DNA from: an uncultured virus (IMG/VR IMGVR_UViG_2861330777_000001)
Taxonomy: Duplodnaviria; Heunggongvirae; Uroviricota; Caudoviricetes
Virus record (IMG/VR): IMGVR_UViG_2861330777_000001
Length of the DNA stretch: 20,672 bases
Direction: 5' to 3' (one strand)
The notes beneath the pieces are model-generated. The model saw only the letters and a program-made list of their open reading frames with translations. It was not told the DNA's origin and did not search any database. The position numbers were made by a program, and so were the translations under genes. How positions within the stretch are numbered: the first letter of the stretch is position 1; each line of letters starts with the position of its first letter. Shown here in pieces: positions 1 through 7,351 of this stretch.

Positions 1-408
1 CTATGCGTTAATGCCTTCGATTTTGATTCCGTACAATTCAGCGAAATCTTTTACGCCGCTTATATATCCGCTTGAATAGCGTTCCTGCATTTGCTCCGCC
101 CTGTCTAGCGTTTTTCCCTCGTAAAACCAAACTACGTTCTCGTGAACTCGGAAATTTTCGAGCATCTTTTCTTCCGGCGTTTTTTCCATGACGTATCCGT
201 TTACGAGTGCGGAAAGGAGTTCGTTATTACGTTTCTCAGCGCATTCAAGCCGCCAGTCGTTAATTACGTTTAAATACTTGTTAAGTCCACTAGCGCCGAA
301 ACCTTGTTTTACTCCGACATTTTGAGCAATATACATCGTTGATATTCCGATTTCTCGTAGTTCCTCGATTGCCTCCGCCACTTCTTTCGGTAAATTTACG
401 AGTTTCAA
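1..408 (-). CDS. Phage protein, DUF1642-like (paralogue of 405..773)
   Basis: TTG start with AAGGAG RBS at 419-424; overlaps the upstream stop by 4 nt (TTGA). Motifs LPKEVAEAIE...LLSALVNGY.VEK...GIKIEG. Confidence 0.75.
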   Translation of the reverse strand: MKLVNLPKEVAEAIEELREIGISTMYIAQNVGVKQGFGASGLNKYLNVINDWRLECAEKRNNELLSALVNGYVMEKTPEEKMLENFRVHENVVWFYEGKTLDRAEQMQERYSSGYISGVKDFAELYGIKIEGINA

Positions 409-773
409 TATTCGCCAACTCCTTCGATTTTGATTCCGAGAAGGTCGAGTGTTCTAACAACAGCCGCGGATACTCCGTCCTCATATCCATCGCAATAGCT
501 TCCGTCAGTAAACTTACATGCGGCGTACCTTTCATAATATTCCCGAACCTTTTCTTCGCCAGACTTTTCGACTTGGTATCCGTTAACTAGTGCGGTCAAA
601 ATATCGTCCGGATAGCTGTGATAATAACTACGGACTGTTTCGAGGTCCTTATGTTCGAAAGCTTCTTCGAAGACAATTGCGATAATGATTCCGGAGTTGT
701 TAAATCCGTCCTTGCGTAATTCTTCGACGGCTGTTGCGACGTCCTTTGGTAGCGTAATAGTTTCGTTGGTCAT
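405..773 (-). CDS. Phage protein, DUF1642-like
   Basis: ATG at 773 with GGAGG RBS at 781-785 (start revised from 791). Motifs LPKDVATAVE...ILTALVNGYQVEK...GIKIEG. Confidence 0.8.
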   Translation of the reverse strand: MTNETITLPKDVATAVEELRKDGFNNSGIIIAIVFEEAFEHKDLETVRSYYHSYPDDILTALVNGYQVEKSGEEKVREYYERYAACKFTDGSYCDGYEDGVSAAVVRTLDLLGIKIEGVGEY

Positions 774-775
774 CG

Positions 776-952
776 TTATTCCTCCTCGCACAGTATCATT
801 AGTGCCTTGCGTAAATCAGATTTACGGACTTCAAACGTGTGACCTTCGTGATTGATTTCTATATAGCCCGCTTGCCAGCTTTCTTCCATACGGACCTTGT
901 CTGATGAGTAATCCGTGTGTGCTGACGTCGGGATCTCGATTTTAATAACCAT
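776..952 (-). CDS. Small phage hypothetical protein, 58 aa (not in ORF track)
   Basis: TAAGGAGG RBS at 961-968, ATG at 952, TAA at 776-778. Translates as MVIKIEIPTSAHTDYSSDKVRMEESWQAGYIEINHEGHTFEVRKSDLRKALMILCEEE. Its end carries the RBS of the next gene. Confidence 0.8.
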   Translation of the reverse strand: MVIKIEIPTSAHTDYSSDKVRMEESWQAGYIEINHEGHTFEVRKSDLRKALMILCEEE

Positions 953-1107
953 TTCGTATACCTCCTTATATTAAGTTCAAGAGATTGCGTCCTCACGTCC
1001 GCCAATTCTTTTATTACTTATCCGCTGGTCTTTAATGTAAAATCTTAGCGAAAATGGAATATATAGTTAGCAGTGCGATAGCGCTGCAATCTTTTAGTTT
1101 AGATAAA

Positions 1108-1196
1108 TGAGTATAGTTAATTGAGTATAGTTTGTCTTCAAACTGTGAAGTACCCGGTATCGTAATTTGAACCCCCGCCTTCAAATATCGTCAAAC
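1108..1196. repeat. Iteron-like short repeats downstream of the HTH gene
   Basis: TGAGTATAGTT at 1108 and 1122; TTCA/TGAA inverted motifs CTTCA-N5-TGAAG (1136-1150) and TTTGAA..TTCAAA (1166-1185). Confidence 0.45.
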
Positions 1197-1516
1197 GTAC
1201 TTGGCGGATCTACTAATTGGTAAATATTCGAAGTCTGACTCCCATCGGACCTATACCTTGTTTCAGCATCAATTACGCCAACCTCCTGTAATTTCTTCAA
1301 CGCACCTCGAACGGTATTCTCCGAGCAGTAGCATTTCTTCGCCAACGTCTTTATCGACGGGTAGGAATCTTTCGTAGTATTGTCCGCATACATACAAAGC
1401 ATCGTATATACGAGTTTCTGTATCGGCTTATCTAAAACAACCTCGTCATTTAAGACGGATTTTGTAACTTGTGCAAATTTCCGCTTTCTAAAATCTACTA
1501 CTAGCCGTTCTGTCAC
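1181..1516 (-). CDS. Helix-turn-helix (HTH_36-like) protein resembling a phage replication initiator N-terminal domain
   Basis: GTG at 1516 with AAAGGAGG RBS at 1524-1531. Motif KLVYTMLCMYAD...SYPSIKTLAKKCYCSENTVRGALKKLQEVGVI...SNIYQL. Confidence 0.8.
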   Translation of the reverse strand: MTERLVVDFRKRKFAQVTKSVLNDEVVLDKPIQKLVYTMLCMYADNTTKDSYPSIKTLAKKCYCSENTVRGALKKLQEVGVIDAETRYRSDGSQTSNIYQLVDPPSTFDDI

Positions 1517-1563
1517 CGCCAAACCTCCTTTCAAGTAATTGAAGTCGCCCCTGCAAATATCGC

Positions 1564-1663
1564 CCTTAATGTATATGTCGCATCAGATAACGGCCTCGCG
1601 CACTTTTAGCGAAATTTATTCGACCTTACTTACTATGCCGCACGAGTTCGGAGTTTCGCGCAC
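1564..1663 (-). promoter_or_regulatory. Tandem bipartite motif with 60-bp period (putative phage promoter/operator pair)
   Basis: CCTTA-N5-TATGYCGCA-N13-TCGCGCAC at 1564-1603 and 1624-1663; conserved blocks, divergent spacers. Confidence 0.55.
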
Positions 1664-1665
1664 AC

Positions 1666-1694
1666 AAAAAAAGACGCCACCCGAAGGTAACGCC
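1666..1694 (-). terminator. Rho-independent terminator
   Basis: Minus strand reads GGCGTTACC-TTCG-GGTGGCGTC followed by T7. Confidence 0.8.
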
Positions 1695-1759
1695 AATTTA
1701 CGAAATATGTTAGAATAACGCTATGGAAATCTGCGCAGGTATATTAGGAGGAATTATCT

Positions 1760-2881
1760 GTGGCAGTATCATTTAACGAAGAAACAGGAAATTGGGATTT
1801 CGTAATCAGTGCGGGACGTAATCCGCTTACTGGAAGACGGAAGCAAGTTAGACGAAGAGGTTTCGCAACAAAAGGCGAAGCCGAGGAAGCGTATTTAAAG
1901 GTAAAGGCGGAGCTTAAATCTGAAAGTTTTCTCGACAAGTCTACGATGACTTACGAGAAGTTTATGGAGGAGTATTTGGCGGAACGCCGGATTTCTCTCC
2001 AACGCTCGACCTTCGAAACTCACTTGACGTATTACGAAAATAACATCAAGCCGGCAATAGGCAAGCTACGGCTGCAAGAAATACAATATTCGCACATACA
2101 GACGTTCGTTAACGCGTTAGTTGGTCAGGAATACTCGGCAAACACCGTTCATCTAGTATTTCGCATCATCTACGGATCACTAAAGAAAGCCAAACAACGC
2201 CAAATTATTAAGGAGAATCCTGCCGAAGGTATCACGCTACCCAAACGGGGTCGGCGCGAAATGAATATATGGACGCTCGATCAGGTCAACTATTTCTTGC
2301 AAGAGGCGCCACACATTGCGCGAGTCACCCGCTGTCTTATTGGATTTCAGTTCGGCTTACTCGCAGGCTTACGTCAGGGCGAAATAATGGGATTACGCTG
2401 GAAGGATATCGACTTTGACCGAAAAATAGTCTACGTAAGGCAGACCGTCACGCAGGCGGCCGAAATTAAGCCCGGCGCTAAAAACGAATCGAGCATACGC
2501 TCAGTTACGATACCCGACCGCTTAGTCGAAGAACTGCGAAAGCACCGCAAACTAATCGAGTGGGAAAAGAGCCATTGCCGGACCACCTATCGCGACAATG
2601 ACCTCGTCCTCCCTACTCGCGACGGATCGCCAATGATCCCGCGGAACTTTCGAAAGGAGTTCTACAATTTGGCGGACAAGCTCGGGTTGCCGAAGATTCG
2701 CTTTCATGACACGCGCCATACGCATGCAACGCTCCTTATCGAGCAGAACGTAAACGTAAAGCTAATCGCCGAACGACTGGGCCACCGCGACATTGAGACT
2801 ACGTTAAATACTTATTCGCATGTCCTGCCAAATATGCAGCGTTCAGTGAGCGAAAAGTTGGACGAAATACTCGATTTTTAG
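1760..2881 (+). CDS. int: Phage tyrosine integrase (arm-binding, SAM-like and catalytic domains)
   Basis: AGGAGG RBS and GTG start. N-terminal TGRRKQVRRRGFATKGEA arm-binding motif; catalytic GLRQGE, RFHDTRH, LGH, TYSH. Confidence 0.95.
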   Translation: MAVSFNEETGNWDFVISAGRNPLTGRRKQVRRRGFATKGEAEEAYLKVKAELKSESFLDKSTMTYEKFMEEYLAERRISLQRSTFETHLTYYENNIKPAIGKLRLQEIQYSHIQTFVNALVGQEYSANTVHLVFRIIYGSLKKAKQRQIIKENPAEGITLPKRGRREMNIWTLDQVNYFLQEAPHIARVTRCLIGFQFGLLAGLRQGEIMGLRWKDIDFDRKIVYVRQTVTQAAEIKPGAKNESSIRSVTIPDRLVEELRKHRKLIEWEKSHCRTTYRDNDLVLPTRDGSPMIPRNFRKEFYNLADKLGLPKIRFHDTRHTHATLLIEQNVNVKLIAERLGHRDIETTLNTYSHVLPNMQRSVSEKLDEILDF

Positions 2882-2889
2882 CTGTGATT

Positions 2890-2924
2890 GTGACCGGAAG
2901 CGTGACCTCACATGTGACCGCACA
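2890..2924 (+). repeat. Integrase arm-type site cluster
   Basis: GTGACC at 2890, 2902 and 2914 (12-bp period), directly after the int stop and before the host junction. Confidence 0.7.
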
Positions 2925-2933
2925 GTATTTCGA

Positions 2934-3623
2934 GTGACTTCGAGCCAAAGGTCGCCTCCATATCCGACGAAGCAACCTTAATTCAAAACGTAGAAATGGC
3001 CATTACAACGAAAAACATGAAATCTATCCANNNNNNNNNNNNNNNNNNNNNNNNNNNNNNNNNNNNNNNNNNNNNNNNNNNNNNNNNNNNNNNNNNNNNN
3101 NNNNNNNNNNNNNNNNNNNNNNNNNNNNCCTGGCGAACTAAAGATTCATCAAGCCTCTCATGCCCGCTACTTTGAAGACTTCTTGAAATTCGTTGATTAT
3201 GGTGAATCAATGCCAGAAATTATGAAAGCACAAGTCATGAATATGGTGCATGAGCATGTTCAAGAAACATACGCTGATAACAGCGAAGAGTTGCAGCAAT
3301 TTGAACAGGCAATGGAAGTTTGGGAAGCAAGTGAAAAACGGGAGATTCAAGAGCGTCTCGATACGCATCAAGTGATTGAAGCCACAGCACAAATCGTTGA
3401 ACATACGCCTGATGCAGAAATGCGAATGACGCTTGGCAATACTTCTGTGAAAGGATTGCTTTCCGATTTCGGCGAAAATGTCCATTTAGGGAAAATTAAC
3501 GGGCGGTATGTTTTGCTTGTGGATGCAGAGTCGATTGTGTTTGAAAAAGGCGTCTCACCGATTGAATTTCATAAACCAGAAGATGTCATGTCGATATTGG
3601 AGCGGATCAGGCAGAAGGAATAG
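2934..3623 (+). pseudogene. 3' part of a conserved Bacillales DUF3900/DUF3898 gene, interrupted by the prophage
   Basis: Before the gap: DFEPKVASISDEATLIQNVEMAITTKNMKSIQ (2936-3030). After the gap: PGELKIHQASHARYFEDFLKFV...EKGVSPIEFHKPE. Both match my recollection of this family. No start codon or N-terminal half in the window. Confidence 0.8.
3031..3128. other. Assembly gap (98 N)
   Basis: Run of N. The flanking reading frames of the same gene are out of phase across it, so the length is probably a placeholder. Confidence 0.95.
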
Positions 3624-3656
3624 GTGAAGTGGAGAAGGATAGTGTAAAAATTACAA

Positions 3657-3750
3657 TTTAGTGACCAAATTAGTGACCGCACATATGAGCTAAAAAACAC
3701 TGATATTAATGGATTTATTACCTTGTTAGTGACCGCTTTAGTGACCAAAT
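3657..3750 (+). repeat. Second arm-type site cluster
   Basis: TTAGTGACC x4; GTGACC at 3661/3673 and 3729/3741 (two pairs, 12-bp period). GTGACCGCACA at 3673 is identical to 2914. Confidence 0.7.
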
Positions 3751-3810
3751 ATTATGCTCTTTAGTTTGTGTAAGGTTTCCTTTAATTAACAATTTTATCC
3801 ACTAGATAAA

Positions 3811-3840
3811 AAGCCAGTGACAAGGAAAAATCACTGGCTT
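3811..3840. terminator. Hairpin terminator (probably bidirectional)
   Basis: AAGCCAGTGA-N10-TCACTGGCTT perfect 10-bp stem with A/T tracts on both sides. Confidence 0.7.
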
Positions 3841-4041
3841 AGTTTTTGAATATTTTATTGGTAAAGTTGTACGATACACTTTTTTTCTATCTGTAAAAGG
3901 AAAACACAGTCCTCCCAATTCATTTTTAATTCAAAATGCAGGAGCAGGAGTGCTTATTCAATATTCGATATATGAATCAGTGTGAGTGGGTGAAAAGTAC
4001 CCCCATATCTCTCAAAGTTAACTATAAAAAGCCAAGAAATA

Positions 4042-4067
4042 AAAGCACTCACATTGTTGAGTGCTTT
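4042..4067 (-). terminator. Terminator of 4076..4660
   Basis: AAAGCACTCA-N6-TGAGTGCTTT, 8 nt after the stop, T-rich tail on the minus strand. Confidence 0.75.
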
Positions 4068-4075
4068 ATATTAAT

Positions 4076-4660
4076 TTAGACTAATTGGCTAGGTAAATCC
4101 CATCTGTCATAATACTTAGAAACATTATACTCATCATCCCTTACCTCAACAATCTTACCGTTTTCAATGTGGAAGTAAAAGTAATACTTAGTTGATGAGT
4201 TAAGTCTTTTACGAGAAACAAATGACTTTAATTCATCTCTTGTATAGAAAAATACAAAGTATTCCTCTTGGTAAGATACAGCGAAAGTATAAATGTCAAA
4301 AATATCATTCTCAATATCACTTATATCAACAGTATGCCATCCTGATGGAAATTCCAAGAAACTCTTGCTGTAGTAATACTTAAGAATCAACTTTTCACCT
4401 TGCTCATCCGTTAAAACCAATCCAGAACCCTCTTCACGATTAGCCTTTCTAATGCTAAATTGAGGGTTTTCTTGCTGTAACCTGTCTGCAACGTAATCCC
4501 TTGAATTAGCTCTTGTCACTAATGTTTGTTTTACTGGCTCTTCATTGTCCTCTTCTTGAACATATTCTTGGCTCTCTAATTTCCCCTCTAGAAACCTGAC
4601 TTTCTCCTCCAACTTTTGAACACGACCAAACAGCTCTAAAACAATTGAATCATTTGACAT
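4076..4660 (-). CDS. Hypothetical protein (N-terminal coiled coil, possible divergent restriction-endonuclease-like fold)
   Basis: ATG at 4660 with AGGAGG RBS at 4667-4672; 194 aa; own terminator. The fold suggestion is inference only. Confidence 0.8.
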   Translation of the reverse strand: MSNDSIVLELFGRVQKLEEKVRFLEGKLESQEYVQEEDNEEPVKQTLVTRANSRDYVADRLQQENPQFSIRKANREEGSGLVLTDEQGEKLILKYYYSKSFLEFPSGWHTVDISDIENDIFDIYTFAVSYQEEYFVFFYTRDELKSFVSRKRLNSSTKYYFYFHIENGKIVEVRDDEYNVSKYYDRWDLPSQLV

Positions 4661-4824
4661 TTTATGCCTCCTCAAGGAATCTTTTTTACATAGATTATAT
4701 TAACATTTTTTCCACTAAAACCAAACGATTCTTTTTGATAAAACAAAATTACAAAAGATTCATTTTGTAGATTTTTTCTACAACCAAAAAAGATATCACA
4801 CTAGTGGCTATCCTCTCAGTAACT

Positions 4825-4869
4825 TCATCTTACTTCACAAAGAGTAGCTCTGCTTATCTTAGAAACGTT
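4825..4869 (-). pseudogene. Relic of a serine resolvase C-terminal HTH
   Basis: Encodes NVSKISRATLCEVR*. 4840-4860 matches 8681-8701 of the intact resolvase (KISRATL) at 19/21 nt. Confidence 0.6.
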
Positions 4870-4927
4870 CTATAACCCTTTATTGTTACCAACATTTCTA
4901 TCTATTTCATCATTTACTCTACTCAAC

Positions 4928-4958
4928 AAAAAACATCTAGCCTTGTCTAGGTTAGATG
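4928..4958 (-). terminator. Terminator after the sufA/iscA fragment
   Basis: CATCTAGCCT-N5-AGGTTAGATG (one mismatch) with T6 on the minus strand, right after TGA at 4960-4962. Confidence 0.65.
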
Positions 4959-4959
4959 C

Positions 4960-5082
4960 TCAATCTAAAGTATTTGGTGTACCTACTTTCTTCGCAGTCC
5001 TAAACGATGACCCACAACCGCATGTAGCTATTTCATTTGGGTTATCAATCGTAAATCCGCCACCCATCATGGATTGCTTGAA
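4960..5082 (-). pseudogene. sufA: 3' fragment of a HesB/IscA/SufA A-type Fe-S carrier gene
   Basis: Translates as [40 protein letters not shown], with the diagnostic GF.IDNPN...CGCG.SF motif. In-frame stop at 5095-5097 upstream; no 5' part. Confidence 0.9.
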
Positions 5083-5085
5083 AAT

Positions 5086-5170
5086 TTTGATATATCAAAG
5101 TTTTTTATTGTTTTTGGTGATTATGAATTGCAATCATGATTGTTAATTGCAAGCCTGCTCAATTGTTAAT
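5086..5170. repeat. att-like flank: palindrome plus short direct repeats
   Basis: TTTGATATATCAAA 14-bp palindrome (5086-5099); AATTGCAA x2 (5126, 5145); ATTGTTAAT x2 (5139, 5162). Confidence 0.5.
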
Positions 5171-5350
5171 GTCGCTAATTGAATAGTCCCCAAAAATTAT
5201 ACTTAAGGCAACTAATAACTCAAAAAAATTCCCCAACAATAGTTACGGTTCTTTAGATAATGAAATTAAAGCAAATTGTGTGAGTGGTACACTCTTCACA
5301 GTTCAATATAATAATCATTGTAATTTGATAACATGCCCCTTCTAAAATCA

Positions 5351-5374
5351 AGAAAGACACTCTTTTAGAGTGCC
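5351..5374 (-). terminator. Terminator of the DUF4062 gene
   Basis: Minus strand reads GGCACTCT-AAA-AGAGTGTC-TTTCT. Confidence 0.65.
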
Positions 5375-5427
5375 AACTAATGTTTTGCTTCTAAATATCA
5401 GATTATCTTTCCATTTGAGACTGATAT

Positions 5428-6798
5428 TCATAATACAGATAATGGTATTTTTAATCCCTTTTCCTCTGAATACTCTTCACAAATAACAGTAACTTTTATA
5501 TGAAAACTACCTTTTTTTAATGGAACTAATAAGTACTCATCATCAAATGTATACATCCTAGTGTGAAGCAAATCAGACAATTTCAATGTTATTGTATTTT
5601 CATTTAGGAATGTTGTGTTCCTTACTGTTAAGATGTTTTTCCCAACAAGTTGTGAATAACCCCTCGTAAGTGGAGGATAAGAACTAATTGCGGATAGTGC
5701 TTGACTCCCTATTAAATCATATATATTCGAGACTTTAAATTCACCTAGAATTTTCTTCATATTTGCCTTATCATATTCTTTTTCCGCAACCTCAATAGGA
5801 TTTTCAGGAATTGTTGGTATCTTGGGTAATTCTAAGTCTTCGATTTCATCTTTTTTAAGTATTTTAACTTCATTTGGAAAAGTTATATCTATAAATATTT
5901 CATTTGCTTTAGCAGAACCAATATTTGATATGGAAAAAGATAAATCTAAACCTGTGTCCGTAAGTCTTGTAAAATAAATCGCTTCCTGATTAAATTTATC
6001 AATCTCTTGATTAGTAGGTATATTGTTATTGTAATTTTCGATTTCCTCTTTTTTAATATAGGGAAGAAGATATTCTTCAATCAAACTATAATCAATTTGT
6101 TCAAGGTATCCCAAATGTTCAAAATTAAGATTTTCTTGAAATTTAATTTTTAATTTATCTGACTCATTAATTAAAATTTCTAAATTTGGCTCTTTACCAA
6201 TTTGTTTTTTTTTTAGTTCATCTAGTTCCTGTCTAAGGGAATAGTTCTCTTTACTTAATCTAAGAAATTCCTCTGACATTTCTGGTGTTATTGCTTTATC
6301 TGCTCTAATCCATCCTGTTCTCTGATGTCTAGAAAATGCTTTGACTAACGCTATCGTTATCTTGTTTACAAGGTCATCTGATGTTTCCCAAAATTCACAC
6401 ATTTTTCCTTCAGTTACTTTTTTTATAAATTCATCAAGTTTTTTTTCATTGCTTTTATTACCTTCCCTTTCGTTAGGAGTCGTTGCCACATCTCTATTTC
6501 TAACAAAGGACATTATAGGAATCCCTAATGATTTAGCATAATCATACTCTTTTTCAGTATAGCTAATCCCTTCTTTTGTAACTGAACCATAGCGATGCCC
6601 GATTATTAATATATAATAGTCGCTATCCATCATAGTATCTTGGATTATTTTCCATTGTTCATCATTATCAGCACTAAACATCTCCATACCTACAGGAAAA
6701 TGATACATCGACAAAATGGTTGAAAATACTTTCTCTCTAGCTTCTATTAAGTCCTTGTATGTAGAACTAATAAATATCTGAAATTTTTTATCTTGCAT
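5428..6798 (-). CDS. DUF4062 domain-containing protein
   Basis: N-terminal FQIFISSTYKDLIEAR...PVGMEMF...SDYYILIIGHRYGS...SYTEKEYDYA is the DUF4062 signature, followed by a coiled coil and a beta-rich C-terminus. AAGGAGG RBS. Confidence 0.9.
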   Translation of the reverse strand: MQDKKFQIFISSTYKDLIEAREKVFSTILSMYHFPVGMEMFSADNDEQWKIIQDTMMDSDYYILIIGHRYGSVTKEGISYTEKEYDYAKSLGIPIMSFVRNRDVATTPNEREGNKSNEKKLDEFIKKVTEGKMCEFWETSDDLVNKITIALVKAFSRHQRTGWIRADKAITPEMSEEFLRLSKENYSLRQELDELKKKQIGKEPNLEILINESDKLKIKFQENLNFEHLGYLEQIDYSLIEEYLLPYIKKEEIENYNNNIPTNQEIDKFNQEAIYFTRLTDTGLDLSFSISNIGSAKANEIFIDITFPNEVKILKKDEIEDLELPKIPTIPENPIEVAEKEYDKANMKKILGEFKVSNIYDLIGSQALSAISSYPPLTRGYSQLVGKNILTVRNTTFLNENTITLKLSDLLHTRMYTFDDEYLLVPLKKGSFHIKVTVICEEYSEEKGLKIPLSVL

Positions 6799-6836
6799 TT
6801 TAACCCTCCTTTTTCAAGCAGAAATAGTCCTTTTAC

Positions 6837-6845
6837 ATTATACCA
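6837..6845 (-). promoter_or_regulatory. Extended -10 sigmaA promoter for the DUF4062 gene
   Basis: TGGTATAAT (TGn-TATAAT) about 40 nt upstream of the ATG. Confidence 0.6.
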
Positions 6846-6972
6846 AATTCAGGAATTTTATTATTTAATTATTTTTACTTTTGTTGTTATTTACCTGAGT
6901 ACAGGAGCAGTAGAGCTACTAAATAATTCATTAAATACTCCTTGAAATTGGTCAATAGACTCCCACTAGAAC

Positions 6973-6996
6973 AAAAAAACACCCTTTTTGAGTGCC
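6973..6996 (-). terminator. Terminator related to those at 4042 and 5351
   Basis: Minus strand reads GGCACTC-AAAAA-GGGTGTT-TTTTT. Confidence 0.55.
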
Positions 6997-7021
6997 TAAA
7001 ATATTTGCTCGTAATCTCCTA

Positions 7022-7105
7022 GAAATTGCTATGGTTTGTAGAGGTGAAAGAAAAATGGCATTTGGTTACAAATGGGCGTTTAAAGATATTTTAAAGAGTA
7101 ATTGA
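7022..7105 (+). pseudogene. Relic NUMOD1 (homing-endonuclease DNA-binding) domain end
   Basis: EIAMVCRGERKMAFGYKWAFK matches the NUMOD1 C-terminal pattern I..CCrG.rktagGy.W.y; no convincing start. Confidence 0.65.
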
Positions 7106-7143
7106 TATTTTGCTATTTCGGTATAAGAGCGTATCTGCTACGC

Positions 7144-7232
7144 CTTTCTACCCATATGCTTTACTTGCTATTAGCACTATCCCTACCTTCACATGTGCGT
7201 TCTAAAATTATGTCACGTACAAATTGTGCGAA
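7144..7232 (-). pseudogene. Relic of serine resolvase helix E and hinge
   Basis: FAQFVRDIILERTCEGRDSA then, after a frameshift, KHMGRK. Resembles the resolvase consensus FAQFER..I.ERT.EGR..A....GR. Confidence 0.65.
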
Positions 7233-7351
7233 TGGACAATCGATAGCTTAAAGTTGGCTCTGTGGCATAATGAATATGATTTCATGAGTGCTGTTATAGT
7301 TCATTTCAAATTTTAAGGCAATAAAAAACAACTGACCGTTGGTTAATTTGT

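Larger units (their letters stand above)
1..2935. mobile_element. Prophage right end (integrase-proximal, attR-like junction at ~2934)
   Basis: Tightly packed minus-strand phage-like small genes, a tyrosine integrase, arm-like GTGACC repeats, then an abrupt switch into the middle of a host gene at ~2934. CG-rich codon style differs from the island. Confidence 0.85.

Noticed and set aside
290..590. ORFs 290..535 (-) and 339..590 (+)
   Set aside because: Alternative-frame or antisense overlaps of the two better-supported phage genes.
1744..1938. 64-aa minus-strand ORF as an excisionase
   Set aside because: Antisense to the integrase N-terminus, with no HTH-like pattern.
2983..3485. ORFs 2983..3210 and 3207..3485 (-), and 3183..3623 as a complete gene
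   Set aside because: The first two are shadows or span the N gap. The third is the tail of a longer interrupted gene whose frame extends upstream of 3183.
2890..3750. GTGACC arrays as CRISPR
   Set aside because: Repeats are 6-12 nt with a 12-bp period, there are no 30-40 nt spacers and no cas genes.
4883..5146. 87-aa plus-strand ORF
   Set aside because: Antisense shadow of the sufA fragment.
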